DNA of 64,000 nt from an uncultured Thermoleophilia bacterium (lineage in GTDB: Bacteria > Actinomycetota > Thermoleophilia > UBA2241): the NCBI GenBank assembly GCA_963717965.1, contig CAVQXS010000003.1, forward strand, positions 326,896 to 390,895, given 5' to 3'. Positions 45,612 through 56,083 of the stretch are shown one piece after another. A program made the position numbers and the translations under genes. Under the pieces are notes generated by a model that saw nothing but the letters and a program-made list of their open reading frames with translations, was not told the DNA's origin and ran no database searches. Positions within the stretch are counted from its first letter, which is position 1, and the number at the start of each line of letters is the position of its first letter.

Positions 45612-46972
45612 AGGACCGGCTCAAACCCATCGACCGCGACCGCCTCGCGGGACTCCAGGCGGCCGAAGACGAGCTCTTCGTCCAGCGCCACCCGCACTCC
45701 CGCGAGCTCTTCGAGCGGGCCCAGTCGCACCTGCTCGACGGCGTGCCAATGAACTGGATGACACGCTGGGCCAGCCGGTTCCCGCCCTTCGTGGCGGAGG
45801 CGCACGGCGCCCGCTTCACCTGCGTCGACGGGCACGAGTACATCGACTTCTGCCTGGGCGATACCGGCGCGATGACCGGTCATTCGCCGGATGGACCCGT
45901 CTCGGCGATCGCCGCCCAAGCCGCGCGGGGAATCACGACGATGCTCCCCACCGAGGACTCGCTCTGGGTGGCCGGCGACCTCGCGCGCCGCTTCGGCCTC
46001 CGTTACTGGCAGCTGGCGCTCACGGCGACGGACGCCAACCGGTTCGCCGTTCGCCTCGCGCGCCACGTCACCAAGCGGCCCCGGATCCTCGTCTACAACT
46101 ACTGCTATCACGGGTCCGTGGACGAGACGATCATCACCATCAACAACGGCGTCCCGGGCCCCAAGCCGGGCAACGCCGGCCCTCCGGTCGACCCGACGGT
46201 CACCACCAAGGTGATCGAGTGGAACGACCTCGATGCCCTCGCAGAGGCGCTCGCGCCCGGCGACGTGGCCTGCGTCCTCGCCGAGCCGGCCCTCACGAAC
46301 ATCGGCATCATCCTGCCGGACGCGGGCTACCACGCCGGACTGCGCCGGCTCACCCGCGAGACGGACACACTCCTCGTCATCGACGAGACGCACACCATCT
46401 GCGCCGGTCCCGGCGGCTGCACCGCCGCGTGGAACCTCGAACCAGACATGGTCACCCTCGGCAAGCCGATCGGCAGCGGCGTCCCCGCCGCCGTGTACGG
46501 CTTCGGAGACGCGATCGCCGACCGTGTCCACGCGGACTGGGACTACCATGCCGCCGACGAGTGCGGCATCGGCGGCACACTCGCCGGCAACGCCCTGAGC
46601 GTGGCGGCGATGCGAGCAACGCTGGGCGAGGTGCTCACCGAGGAGACCTACGCGCGCACGATCCCGCTCGCCGGCCGCTGGGCGGACGGCGTCCAGGGCG
46701 TGATCGACGAGTTCGGCCTGCCCTGGGTGGTCAAGCGCCTCGGCTGCCGCGCGGAGTACTGGCCGCGACCCGTTGCGCCCCGCAACGGGGGCGAGGCGGC
46801 CGCGGCAGAGGACGAGGAGCTCGACCGCTACCTCCACCTCTTCATGCTCAACCGCGGCATCCTGATGACGCCGTTCCACAACATGGCGCTGATGGCGCCG
46901 CAGACGACCGCCGAGGACGTCGACCGCCACACCGAGGTCCTGCGCGAAGCGGCGAGGACGCTTGTCGGCTGA
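45608..46972 (+). CDS. Class-III (GSA-aminomutase-like) PLP-dependent aminotransferase
   Basis: The GTG start overlaps the mttB stop (GTGA). GARFTCVDGHEYIDFCLGDTGAMTGH, TATDANRFAVRLAR, LLVIDETHT, TLGKPIGSGVP (PLP lysine). Confidence 0.85.
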   Translation: MKDRLKPIDRDRLAGLQAAEDELFVQRHPHSRELFERAQSHLLDGVPMNWMTRWASRFPPFVAEAHGARFTCVDGHEYIDFCLGDTGAMTGHSPDGPVSAIAAQAARGITTMLPTEDSLWVAGDLARRFGLRYWQLALTATDANRFAVRLARHVTKRPRILVYNYCYHGSVDETIITINNGVPGPKPGNAGPPVDPTVTTKVIEWNDLDALAEALAPGDVACVLAEPALTNIGIILPDAGYHAGLRRLTRETDTLLVIDETHTICAGPGGCTAAWNLEPDMVTLGKPIGSGVPAAVYGFGDAIADRVHADWDYHAADECGIGGTLAGNALSVAAMRATLGEVLTEETYARTIPLAGRWADGVQGVIDEFGLPWVVKRLGCRAEYWPRPVAPRNGGEAAAAEDEELDRYLHLFMLNRGILMTPFHNMALMAPQTTAEDVDRHTEVLREAARTLVG

Positions 46973-47002
46973 CGCGCTTCTCGGGGGGCTCGAAGGAGTC
47001 CG

Positions 47003-48481
47003 TCACCGCTCGATGCCGGCCAGCTCGGCGTCGGCGGCCGCGACGAGCCTTCGGAGCTCGGCGCGCACGTCTTCGGGGAGCGGGTCGGGCGCGTGCGTCC
47101 GCAGGATCTCACGCGCCCGCTCCTCCGCGTTCTCGAGCGCGCCCCGCTTGCCGGCGGCCAGCCAGGCGTCGTAGGACGTCCTGTCCCAGACGCCCGGACG
47201 CCAGATCTCGCCCAGGTGCGCCCGCGTGTGCTTCTCGGCGAGGTACGTACCGCCGGGGCCGACCCGGCGGATCACGTCGAGCGCCAGTGTCTCTTCGTCG
47301 ACCTCGATGCCGCCGGTGACCTTCTGCACGATGCCGTAGACCTCGGCTTCCATCAGCAGATGCGCGTAGCTCAGGGTCTTCGAGCCGTCGAGCAGTCCGC
47401 AGCCGCTCATCATCTCGGCGCCTGCCGAGACGCTGGCGAGCGTCGACAGCGCGTCATCGACGGCTGACTGCCAGCCCGGCTCCTTGGCGCCGCTCGCCAT
47501 CGTGCCCATGTTCATGGCGAAGCCGAAGTGGTGCGCCATCTGCGTGGCGGCAGCGGCCAGGACGTAGTCCTCCGGGCTGCCGCCGGTGTAGCCGCCGGTC
47601 TTGAGGTCCATGACGGAGGGCGCGCCGGCCAGGAAGACGGGCGCGCCCGGGTACGCCAGCTGGACGAGGACGACGCCGGCGATCACGGCCGCGAGGTTCA
47701 CGACGAGGTTGCCGGCCATGGTGGCCGGCGCGGAGGCGCAGGCGAGCGTGAGCGAGAGAAAGCCGACCGGCACGCCGGCCTCCGCGCAGACGAGCGCCGC
47801 CTCGAGGCTCACGGCGTCGTTGCTCAGCGGGTCGATGGGGCAGGCGATGAGGCTCATGAGCGGCCGGCGGCGGAGCGCGTCGGCCCCGCCGGCCACCGCC
47901 CGCGCCATCTCGACGGCACGGCGCGTGATCTCTTCTCCGACCACGTCGACCGCCTGGAAGTGCTTGCTCGTGTTGGCGAAGACCGCCTCGAGCTCGTGCA
48001 GCGGTCGCGTCGCCCGCGGCACGTCCTCGGCGGTCACGACCGGTCCCCAGGAGAAGCTCACCTGCGGTAGTGCGTCGACGAAGCGGGCGGAGTCGGCGAC
48101 GTCGGCCTTGGTGCCCGGCCGCAGCTCGCCGGTCTCGGGGTCGATGACGCGCACGCCGCAGCCGTCGTTGCTGAGGTGACAGGCGGAGCCGTCGAGGACG
48201 ATGTCACAGCGCGGGTCGCGGGCGGCGAGGAGCGGCGCCTCCGGCGCCGCCTGCAGCGCCTCCCGCACGATGTGCTCGGGCAGGCGCGCGACCTGCGACG
48301 CGCGGTCGACGCGGCAGCCGCCGCGCTCGAGCGCGTCGAGCGCGCGCTCCAGCGGGAAGCGGACGCCGACCTCGGCCAGCGTCTCGAGGACGGCGGCCTC
48401 GAGCCGCTCAACGTCCTCCGCGCTCAGCACCCGCCAGCGCAGGCGCGGCCTGATGGGGTCGATCCGCGCCACCTCGGCCAT
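47003..48481 (-). CDS. MttB-superfamily (non-Pyl) methyltransferase paralog E
   Basis: Intact, 492 aa, closest to paralog C (LRWRVLSAEDVERLEAAVLETLAEVGVRF, GAKEPGWQSAVDDA, MEAEVYGIV, GPGGTYLAEKHTRAHL). Confidence 0.9.
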   Translation of the reverse strand: MAEVARIDPIRPRLRWRVLSAEDVERLEAAVLETLAEVGVRFPLERALDALERGGCRVDRASQVARLPEHIVREALQAAPEAPLLAARDPRCDIVLDGSACHLSNDGCGVRVIDPETGELRPGTKADVADSARFVDALPQVSFSWGPVVTAEDVPRATRPLHELEAVFANTSKHFQAVDVVGEEITRRAVEMARAVAGGADALRRRPLMSLIACPIDPLSNDAVSLEAALVCAEAGVPVGFLSLTLACASAPATMAGNLVVNLAAVIAGVVLVQLAYPGAPVFLAGAPSVMDLKTGGYTGGSPEDYVLAAAATQMAHHFGFAMNMGTMASGAKEPGWQSAVDDALSTLASVSAGAEMMSGCGLLDGSKTLSYAHLLMEAEVYGIVQKVTGGIEVDEETLALDVIRRVGPGGTYLAEKHTRAHLGEIWRPGVWDRTSYDAWLAAGKRGALENAEERAREILRTHAPDPLPEDVRAELRRLVAAADAELAGIER

Positions 48482-48610
48482 GGTTCCTCCCGGTCGCCGG
48501 CCCCGATGCTACCGGGACGCCGGCTCCCGCGTCATCCGGCCGGCGCTCGGCGCGCGCCTGCACGCGGCCCTATCTGTTGGCAGGACGCGGCCCGCTGGAC
48601 TCCGTACACG

Positions 48611-48649
48611 GAAGGGGCGGCGAGGCGCTCCGCGCCTCGCCGCCCCTTC
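48611..48649 (-). terminator. Perfect 18-bp stem / 3-nt loop hairpin downstream of the ABC operon
   Basis: GAAGGGGCGGCGAGGCGC tcc GCGCCTCGCCGCCCCTTC, 28 nt after the ATPase stop (48677). No U-tract. Confidence 0.5.
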
Positions 48650-48676
48650 TGGTTCACGGCCGAACGGCCGGCCCCG

Positions 48677-49690
48677 TCAGAGGTTCTCGTCGCCCGGAGG
48701 CAGGGGCGTCTCACCGGCCGCTCCCGGCCCCAAGGGGATCTCGGGGAGGGCGATGTCCTTGACGTTGTCTTCGTCGATCGCCGCGCCGACCGCACCCTGT
48801 GGCGGACCCTCATCGACCGCGTCGGGGTCGGGCAGCTCCTGGTCGACCTCGGTGATGCCGAGCTCCTTGGCGTGCTCGGGCTCCTTCTCCGGCAGGATGT
48901 GCCGCAGGAAGCGCTTGGTGCGGTCGTCCTTGGGATGGAAGAAGACCTCGCTCGGCGGGCCCTGCTCGATGAAGTAGCCGTCGTCCATGTACACGACGCG
49001 GTCGGCCACGTCGCGGCTGAAGCCCATCTCGTGGCTCACCACGATCATCGTCATGCCGCCCTCGGCGAGCTCCTTCATGACCTTGAGCACCTCGCCGATG
49101 AGCTCGGGGTCGAGAGCGCTGGTCGGCTCGTCGAAGAGCATGAGCACGGGGTCCATCGCCATGGCGCGGGCGATGGCAACGCGCTGCTTCTGGCCGCCCG
49201 AGAGCTGGCTCGGGAAGAAGTCCATGCGTTCGCCGAGGCCCACCTTGGTGAGCAGCTCCTGCGCCTTGCGGATGGCCTCGTCCTTCTTCTCGCCCTTCAC
49301 CAGGATCGGACCCTCGGTCACGTTCTCGGTCGCGTCCTTGTGCGGGAAGAGGTTGAACTCCTGGAAGACCATGCCGCACTTCATGCGGATCTCGTGCACG
49401 TCCTTCTTGAAGCCGCTGCCGTGGCTGCCGCAGGTGACGTGCACGTCCCCGACCCTGATCTCGCCGGAGGTGGGATCCTCGAGGAAGTTCAGGCAGCGCA
49501 GGAAGGTGCTCTTGCCGGAGCCGGACGGCCCGATGAGCACCAGCACCTCGCCCTTGTAGACCTCGAGGTCGATGCCCTTGAGCACGTGGTTGCGGCCGAA
49601 GTACTTCTGCAGGCCCTCCACCTTGACGACGAGCTCGCGCCCCTTGTCGTCGGTGATCGTCTCGTGTGGGAAAGTGTGAGTCGATGCCAT
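48677..49690 (-). CDS. Polar amino-acid ABC transporter ATP-binding protein with about 90-aa acidic/Pro-rich C-terminal tail
   Basis: Walker [10 protein letters not shown], signature LSGGQKQR, Walker [14 protein letters not shown]-loop VSHEM. Tail [23 protein letters not shown]... Confidence 0.9.
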   Translation of the reverse strand: MASTHTFPHETITDDKGRELVVKVEGLQKYFGRNHVLKGIDLEVYKGEVLVLIGPSGSGKSTFLRCLNFLEDPTSGEIRVGDVHVTCGSHGSGFKKDVHEIRMKCGMVFQEFNLFPHKDATENVTEGPILVKGEKKDEAIRKAQELLTKVGLGERMDFFPSQLSGGQKQRVAIARAMAMDPVLMLFDEPTSALDPELIGEVLKVMKELAEGGMTMIVVSHEMGFSRDVADRVVYMDDGYFIEQGPPSEVFFHPKDDRTKRFLRHILPEKEPEHAKELGITEVDQELPDPDAVDEGPPQGAVGAAIDEDNVKDIALPEIPLGPGAAGETPLPPGDENL

Positions 49691-49691
49691 G

Positions 49692-50943
49692 CTACTTCCC
49701 CTTCCCCTTCTCCTTCTCGCGGGCCTTGTCGCGCGCCATGCGCGTCTCGAGCTTGGCCTGCCAGAAGCTGAAGAAGATCGTCAGCGCCCAGTACCAGGCC
49801 GCGGCCACCAGCAGCGTGCTGAAGAAGCTGAAGGTCGCGGCGCCGGCCAGCTGCGAACGGCGCAGGAGCTCCTCGACGGTGATGACCGACACCAGTGAAG
49901 TGTCCTTGATGAGGGCGATGAAGTCGTTGCCGACGGCCGGGATCACGATCTTGAGCGCCTGCGGCAGGACGATGCGCCGCTGCGTCTGCCAGCCGCTCAG
50001 GCCGATGGCCCACGCGGCCTCGTTCTGGCCCTTGGGCACCGCCTGGATGCCGGCGCGGAAGACCTCGGTGAGGTAGGCGCCGTAGTTGAGCGAGAGGGCC
50101 GCGACGCCGGACCAGAAGGCCGGCGGGTTCAGCGACTGCGGCAGACCGAATGCCTTGATGATCTCGGGGATCACCTGGTAGATGGCGATGATCTGCAGCA
50201 ACAGGGGCGTCCCTCGGAACAGCGAGGTGTAGAAGGTGGCGACCCAGTAGGGGATCCGCCCCCACACCATCCTCCACATGTAGCCCCAGCTCTGGTACCG
50301 GTCCCACGCCTGCCTGAAGGTCATCTTCTTGGAGAGGCGCCCGAGGGAGCCGAAGAGCGCGAGGATGACTGGCGAGGACGATGGAGATGACGGTGAGCTC
50401 GACGGTGACGACGCCGCCGCGGGCGATGTACCAGAACCAGTCCTTCATCACCTGGACGCTGACAAGGCTGCCGGCGCCCGCCTCGCCCACCGACTTGAAC
50501 GACCACGTGTAGCCGACCTCTTTGCCGGTCGTGGTCACGAGTACGGCGCGGAACTCGTAGTCGCCGGCGGGGTAGGTCTTGGCCATGTCGAATTCGAGCG
50601 TCGACGTGGCCCGCGAGACGGCCGGCAGGAGGTACGGCGGCTTGCTGAGCTCCACCTCGCCGCCGTCGATGAACAGCTTGCACTTCTCCAGCGCGAGCTC
50701 CGAGCCATTCGGCTGGAAGTTCACCTCGACGGTGTCGCCCGTCCAGTTCTTGATGCCCTTAGGGTCGTCGGGATTCGGGATGGTGCCCTTGACGATGGGC
50801 GTTCCCGAAGGCGCCGACGACGGCGATGGCGACGCCGCCGCCAGCGCGATGGGCGTGAGCGCCGCCGCCGTCACCGCGAGCACGGCCGCGAAGAGGGCGA
50901 CACTCACGAACCAGCGTCGTTTGTGCATCGGCGAAGACCTCAC
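49692..50943 (-). CDS. Polar amino-acid ABC transporter permease fused to an N-terminal signal peptide + about 150-aa extracytoplasmic domain; one frame disruption near 50335
   Basis: ORF 49489..50943 gives signal peptide + beta-rich domain + first TM ([14 protein letters not shown]). ORF 49692..50324 gives the His/Glu/Gln/Arg-opine-type permease core ([37 protein letters not shown]). Confidence 0.8.
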
Positions 50944-51040
50944 TGTCGGGACTGCGGCGGGGGCCCTTGGAGGTCGCCCCCCGCCGCAGTCGACTTGGCC
51001 TAGGCGGCCACGCCCGCCGGGTGTGGCCGCAACGCTGCTG

Positions 51041-51953
51041 CTACTGCTTGACGGTCAGATCGAGACCGTTGTACCACTTCTCGCTCATCGCGGTGAGCGA
51101 GCCGTCCTCGTGCATCTTGGTGACGGCGTAGTTGAGCATCGCGAGCCAGTCGGTCTCGCCCTTCTTGATCGCGAACGAGAGATCCTCGTAGTACAGCGGG
51201 GCGCCGGAGAAGTCGAACGGCTGGCCCTGCGAGATGGCCTGCTGCCCGGTGGGGCCGGCGGTCATCACGAAATCGAGGTTGCCGTTGCGGAGGTCCGGGA
51301 AGGTGTCGGCGTCGGTCGTGTACGTCTTGACGTCGGCCTTCGGTGTTTTCCTTGAGCCACGAGTAGTAGGTGGTGCCCGCCCCGACGCCGACCTTCTTGC
51401 CGGCGAGGTCGGCGACGCTGGCGACCTGCGGTCCGCCCTTCTTCACGAACAGCTGGCCCGACGTGTAGTAGTACGGGATGGTGAAGTCGAGCACCTTGAG
51501 GCGCTTGACGATCTCGGGGGCCGTCTGCTTGCCGTCGACCGCCGAGGTCATCGAGCCGATAGACACATCGTACTTGCCCTGGTTGATGGACGTGGGGATG
51601 GTCTCCCACGCCGGGTTCTCGAACTGGACCTTGAGACCGAGGATCTCGGCCATCTTCTTGGCGACGTCGACGTCGAAGCCCACGAGCTCGCCGGTAGCCT
51701 GGTCTATCGAGCTCTGCGGCGCGTAGTTGGCGTCGTTGGCGACGATGACCGTGCCGGCATCGACGATCTTCTGTGCGAGACCGGTCGGCGCCTTGCCGAG
51801 GATCTGCTGGGCGATGTCCGCGGCTGAGGTCGCCTGCGCGCTGGGGCTGCTCTCCGTGCTGCTACTGCCACCGCACGCCGCGACAACCCCCGCGAGCGCG
51901 ATGATGGCGACGAGGAGTACCGCCGCCAGAATGTAGGTCTTGCCCTTTCTCAT
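51041..51953 (-). CDS. Family-3 solute-binding lipoprotein (polar amino-acid ABC transporter); one frame disruption near 51340
   Basis: ATG at 51953 behind GGAGG. Lipobox VVAACGG. VIVANDANYAPQSS, GFDVDVAKKMAEILG. The C-terminal part lies in ORF 51041..51268. Confidence 0.8.
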
Positions 51954-52201
51954 GCCTCCGTCCTTTCCGGCTGATTGTTCCCGACGGCCGCGTGACCCAC
52001 CGATGTGGACCTCTTGCGGATGGCGGCCCCCACCGCCCGTCAGGATGTACCTTGTCGCGTTCCCCCTGAGCGACAGTTGTGTCCGATTTATACAGCACAG
52101 CCTCGAAAAGACAACCCTCACGAGGCCGGCCGACGTTGGGGTTTGACCCGACTCGTGAGGATGCACGCGCTCGAGTGCGGGAACGCGGGCGACGTCCGAC
52201 G

Positions 52202-53584
52202 TCAGCCGACGCGCGCCAGCCGCCGGAGCTCGGCATCCACCGCCGCGTCGAGAGCGGGCGGGCGGTGCGCAGCGACCGCGCCGGCCACGCGTTCGTGGGC
52301 GCGGTCGATCGCCGTCTGCCGGCCGCCGGCGGTCCAGTAGCGGTGCGGCTCGTCGACGGCGAGGGATGGGCCGCCGGCGGCGGGCGGAGCCTGTCCGCCG
52401 GCCGAGCCGCCGGCGGCCGTCAGATCGAGACCGGCGGCGATCGTGCGTGCTTGCGTGAGCGTCTCCACCCCGAGCGCCATCTCCTCGTAGCTGAAGATCC
52501 GGCCCCCGGAGACCATGCCCACCCCGGTGAGCATGTCGACACCGGCGGCCAGCGAAAGGTACGTCGTCGTCGTGTCGTCCAGCGCCGACTGCCAGCTCGG
52601 CTCCTTGGCGCCGCTCGAGTTCACGCCGCACTGGGTCGGCAGGCCGTAGAAGTGACCGACGTCGCCGACCGCCGCCGCCATGATCGTGTCCTCGGGGGCG
52701 CCGCCGGTGAAGTCGCCGCTCTTCAGGTCCATGACGCTCGGGATGAAGCAGATGAACACCGCTGCCCCGGGGAACGCCGCTTGGATGGCGCAGACGGAGC
52801 TGAGCGCCTCGGCGATGCCGACGACGAGCGACCCCGCCATGGTGATCGGCGTGGTCGAGCCGCCCATCGGCATGGTCACGAAGCCGATCGGGATGCCGGC
52901 CTCGGCGAAGACCAGGCCGGCCTCCAGCGTCCCGGCGTCGTTGCCGAGCGGCGTGACGGTGCCGAGCAGAGCGCTGATCGGCGGCTCGGCGCGAAGCTTC
53001 TCCTCAGAGCCGCTCACCGCCAGGGCCATCCGCACCGCGTCCGCCGCGAGCTCGGGCTCGACGACGGTCACCGTCTGCACGTGCTTGCCCGTGTTGGCGA
53101 TCGCCAGGTACAGCTCGTGCAGGCCGCGGACCGAGGCGGGCCGGTCCTGCGCGCTCACCGCGGGCCAGGAGAAGTCGATCTCGGGCAGCGCGTCGACGAC
53201 GCGGCTGATGGTGGCCACGTCCTCCGCCGTGGTGCCCCGCTTCTCGCCGCTCTCGAGATCGTAGATCTCGACGCAGCAGCCGTCGGTCGTGATCAGCGAG
53301 CGGGCGCCGGTGACGATGGGGGCTGCGGCGCGAGCCCCGAGCGTCATGCGCGCCGGCGCCAGGCCGATCAGCCGGCGCACCACCTCGGCAGGCATGGTGA
53401 CGCGCGCGCCGTCTGCTGCGGCGCCCTGCGCCACGAGGGCCGCGCGCGCCCGCTCGGACGGCATGGCCACGCCGACCTCGGCGAGCACGGCGAGCGCCGC
53501 CGCATCTAGGTGGTCGAGGTCCTCCCGCGAGAGGATGGAGAGACGCCCGGCCGAGCCGATGGTGTGGGTGGGGGTGTCCGTCAT
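52202..53584 (-). CDS. MttB-superfamily (non-Pyl) methyltransferase paralog F
   Basis: ATG at 53584 (MTDTPTHTIG). LSILSREDLDHLDAAALAVLAEVGVAM, GGSTTPITMAGSLVVGIAEALS, GAKEPSWQSALDDT. Gly/Ala-rich insertion near the C-terminus. Confidence 0.85.
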   Translation of the reverse strand: MTDTPTHTIGSAGRLSILSREDLDHLDAAALAVLAEVGVAMPSERARAALVAQGAAADGARVTMPAEVVRRLIGLAPARMTLGARAAAPIVTGARSLITTDGCCVEIYDLESGEKRGTTAEDVATISRVVDALPEIDFSWPAVSAQDRPASVRGLHELYLAIANTGKHVQTVTVVEPELAADAVRMALAVSGSEEKLRAEPPISALLGTVTPLGNDAGTLEAGLVFAEAGIPIGFVTMPMGGSTTPITMAGSLVVGIAEALSSVCAIQAAFPGAAVFICFIPSVMDLKSGDFTGGAPEDTIMAAAVGDVGHFYGLPTQCGVNSSGAKEPSWQSALDDTTTTYLSLAAGVDMLTGVGMVSGGRIFSYEEMALGVETLTQARTIAAGLDLTAAGGSAGGQAPPAAGGPSLAVDEPHRYWTAGGRQTAIDRAHERVAGAVAAHRPPALDAAVDAELRRLARVG

Positions 53585-53726
53585 CGTCGCGCTCCACTTC
53601 GTCCGCGGGCATTCAACCAAGAACGGCCGGCGCACGGCCGTCCTTCTCGCCGCAGGCATGCGCGGCGCCGGGGGGCGCCAGTCTAGCACGTTGTGGCCCC
53701 CCCTTCGGGGCGAGTACCATCCGTGA

Positions 53727-54552
53727 ATGAGCCGCGACGACGCGCACGCCGGGATGCCGCCCTCAGCCGAGACGCCGTCTCCCGCTGAGACGCCGCCTCC
53801 AGCCGAGTCGCCGCCTGCCCTCGAGACGCCGTCTCGCGCCCAGGCGACCCGCGCCCGGCGCTCACGCCGGCTGCGCCTCGCCGGTGACCTCCTCCTGATC
53901 GTCGGTGGTCTGGTGCTCGCCTATCCCTTCTGGTCGGCCGCCTACGCGCAGGTGCAGCAGTCGCGGCTCGACTCCACCTACCGGGAACAGAGCGTCGCGT
54001 TCGTGCAGGACGTCACCGCCAACGTCGACACGCGTACGCACGGCGTCTCCGACGAAGAACTGCTCCGGCGACTGGCCGTCCGCTACGAGCGCCGTCTCAA
54101 GCCCGGCGACCCCATCGGCCGGCTGCGCATACCGCGCATCGACCTCGACCGCCTTGTCCAGCAGGGCGTCGGCGGCCGGCTGGCCCTGGACCCCGACGGC
54201 GACGCCTCGCTGCTGCACAGCGGTCCCGTCCACTACGCCGTGACGCCGCTTCCCGGTGCGGGCGAGCCGTTCGCCGTCGCCGGGCACCGCACCACCTACG
54301 GCGCGCCCTTCTACAAGCTCGACCGGCTGCGCAAGGGCGACCCCAGTCTTCGTGGACACGCCCTACGGCAAGTTCCGGTACGCGGTCGCGAAGACGACCA
54401 CGGTGCTTCCATCAGACGTCGGCGTGCTGCGCGACCGCGGCTACGGGCTCGTGCTCACCACGTGCACGCCGCCGTACAGCGCGAGCCGCCGGCTCGTCGT
54501 GTGGGCGACTCTCGAGAAGGCCCGGCCGCTGCGCGCGGCGAAGGGCCGCTGA
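53727..54552 (+). CDS. Class-E-like sortase; one frame disruption near 54345
   Basis: N-terminal (A/L)E(T/S)PxP repeats, TM anchor LLLIVGGLVLAYPFW, AVAGHRTTYGAPF (His), then in ORF 54256..54552 FVDTPYGKFRYAV...LVLTTCTPPY (TLxTC-type Cys)...RLVVWA (Arg). Confidence 0.75.
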
Positions 54553-54564
54553 GGGCCGCGGCGC

Positions 54565-55800
54565 TCAAGCCGCCGGGTTCGGGAACGGCGGCCGCTCGGA
54601 GGAACTGCCGGCGAGCAGCATGACGAGCAGCTTCGTCCCGGCGTCGCCGCCAGGATGCGCCGGCGGCACGAAGAACAGTCCGTCCGCACCCGCCATCGAG
54701 CTCAGGATGCCTGATCCCTGGGGGCCGGTCGTGGTGAACCTGACCGCGCCGCCGCTATGGGTCAGGCGACAGCGGCGCGCCTCCGTCCGGTCCTTCGTGC
54801 GCCCCACCGGTTCGGCCGCCTCGGCGAAGAACCAGGGACGGTAGACGTCGGGCCGGCCCTGCAGCGCCAGAAGGGCCGGCCGCACGTACATCTCGAAGCT
54901 GACCATGGCGGCCACGGGATTACCCGGGACGCCGAAGACGAGCGTGTCGCCGCGCACGCCGAAGGCGAGCGGCTTGCCCGGCTTGGTGGCGACGCCCCAG
55001 AAGCGGCGCTCGACCCCGAGCTCGTCCTGGACCTGCTTCACGAAGTCGTAGTCCCCCACGGACACGCCGCCCGAGGTGATGACGACGTCGCTCTCGAGCG
55101 CGACCGTCATCAGCCGGCGGGTCTCGTCGACGTCGTCCCGGGCGATGCCGAGAAGGATCGGGTCGGCGCCCGCCTCCACGACCTGCCCGTAGGCGGTGAA
55201 CGAGTTCGAGTTGCGGATCTGGCCCGGCTCGAGCGGCCGGTTCGCCTGCACCAGCTCGCTGCCGGTGGCGAGGATCGCCACCCGGGGCTTGCGGGCCACG
55301 CGGACGCGCTCGATGCCGACGGCCGCGAGCAGACCGACCTCCGCCGCGCCGAGCCGGGAGCCGCGCCCGAAGAGGACGTCACCGGCGGTGACGTCCTCGC
55401 CGGCGCGGCGCACGTTCGCGCCCGGGGCCGGCGCCGTCTCGACCATCACCTGGTCCCCGAGGACCGAGGTGTGCTCGACCTGCACGACGGTGTCCACGCC
55501 GGGAGGGATGGGGGCGCCGGTCATGATCCGCGCCGCATCGCCGTGGCTCACCGGCTCGGAGACGAACCGGCCGGCGGGGATGTCGACGGTCACGCGGAAC
55601 TCGCGGCGGCCGGCCTCCAGATCCGCCCCCGAGACGGCGAAGCCGTCCATGGCGGAGTTGGCGAAGGCCGGCACCTGCTCGGGCGAGACGGTGCGATCCG
55701 CGGCGGTGCGCCCAAGCGCCTGCAGCAGCCGGACCTCTTCCGCGGCCAGCGGCTTGACCGCGGCGAGGACGTCGTCGAGCGCTTCGTGGATGCTGATCAC
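54565..55800 (-). CDS. moeA: Molybdopterin molybdenumtransferase
   Basis: GTG at 55800 behind GGGGAGA. PAFANSAMDGFAV, IMTGAPIP.GVDTVV, ILATGSEL, IRNSNS, ITSGGVSVGDYDF, KPGKP..FG, GNPVAA. Confidence 0.9.
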   Translation of the reverse strand: MISIHEALDDVLAAVKPLAAEEVRLLQALGRTAADRTVSPEQVPAFANSAMDGFAVSGADLEAGRREFRVTVDIPAGRFVSEPVSHGDAARIMTGAPIPPGVDTVVQVEHTSVLGDQVMVETAPAPGANVRRAGEDVTAGDVLFGRGSRLGAAEVGLLAAVGIERVRVARKPRVAILATGSELVQANRPLEPGQIRNSNSFTAYGQVVEAGADPILLGIARDDVDETRRLMTVALESDVVITSGGVSVGDYDFVKQVQDELGVERRFWGVATKPGKPLAFGVRGDTLVFGVPGNPVAAMVSFEMYVRPALLALQGRPDVYRPWFFAEAAEPVGRTKDRTEARRCRLTHSGGAVRFTTTGPQGSGILSSMAGADGLFFVPPAHPGGDAGTKLLVMLLAGSSSERPPFPNPAA

Positions 55801-55858
55801 GTGTGTCTCCCCGGTGGAGTCATATCTGCTTACGCATCTTAGTAAACTCACCGGTCCC

Positions 55859-56083
55859 ATGACCCGATTCCCTGTTTCGAGAGAGACCTCGAAGGAGGGT
55901 CTGGTGGCCGGAGATCAGCAGCAGAGCCGTGTCGATCGCGACCTCACCGGGTCGCGCAAGCAGCGGGTCGATGTCCTCAAGGACCTGGTCGCCGACCGCG
56001 GCTACGACGTGCCGGCAGAAGACGTGGCGGCGAGCATCATCCGTGATGCGATCGTGGTCTCGCCGCCCACACCGCGGCACTGA
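55859..56083 (+). CDS. Small FlgM-like (anti-sigma-28-type C-terminal domain) protein
   Basis: 74 aa. RKQRVDVLKDLVADRGYDVPAEDVAASIIRDAI resembles the FlgM C-terminal helix pattern (V..lK..i..G.Y.V....vA..i). Weak call. Confidence 0.4.
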   Translation: MTRFPVSRETSKEGLVAGDQQQSRVDRDLTGSRKQRVDVLKDLVADRGYDVPAEDVAASIIRDAIVVSPPTPRH

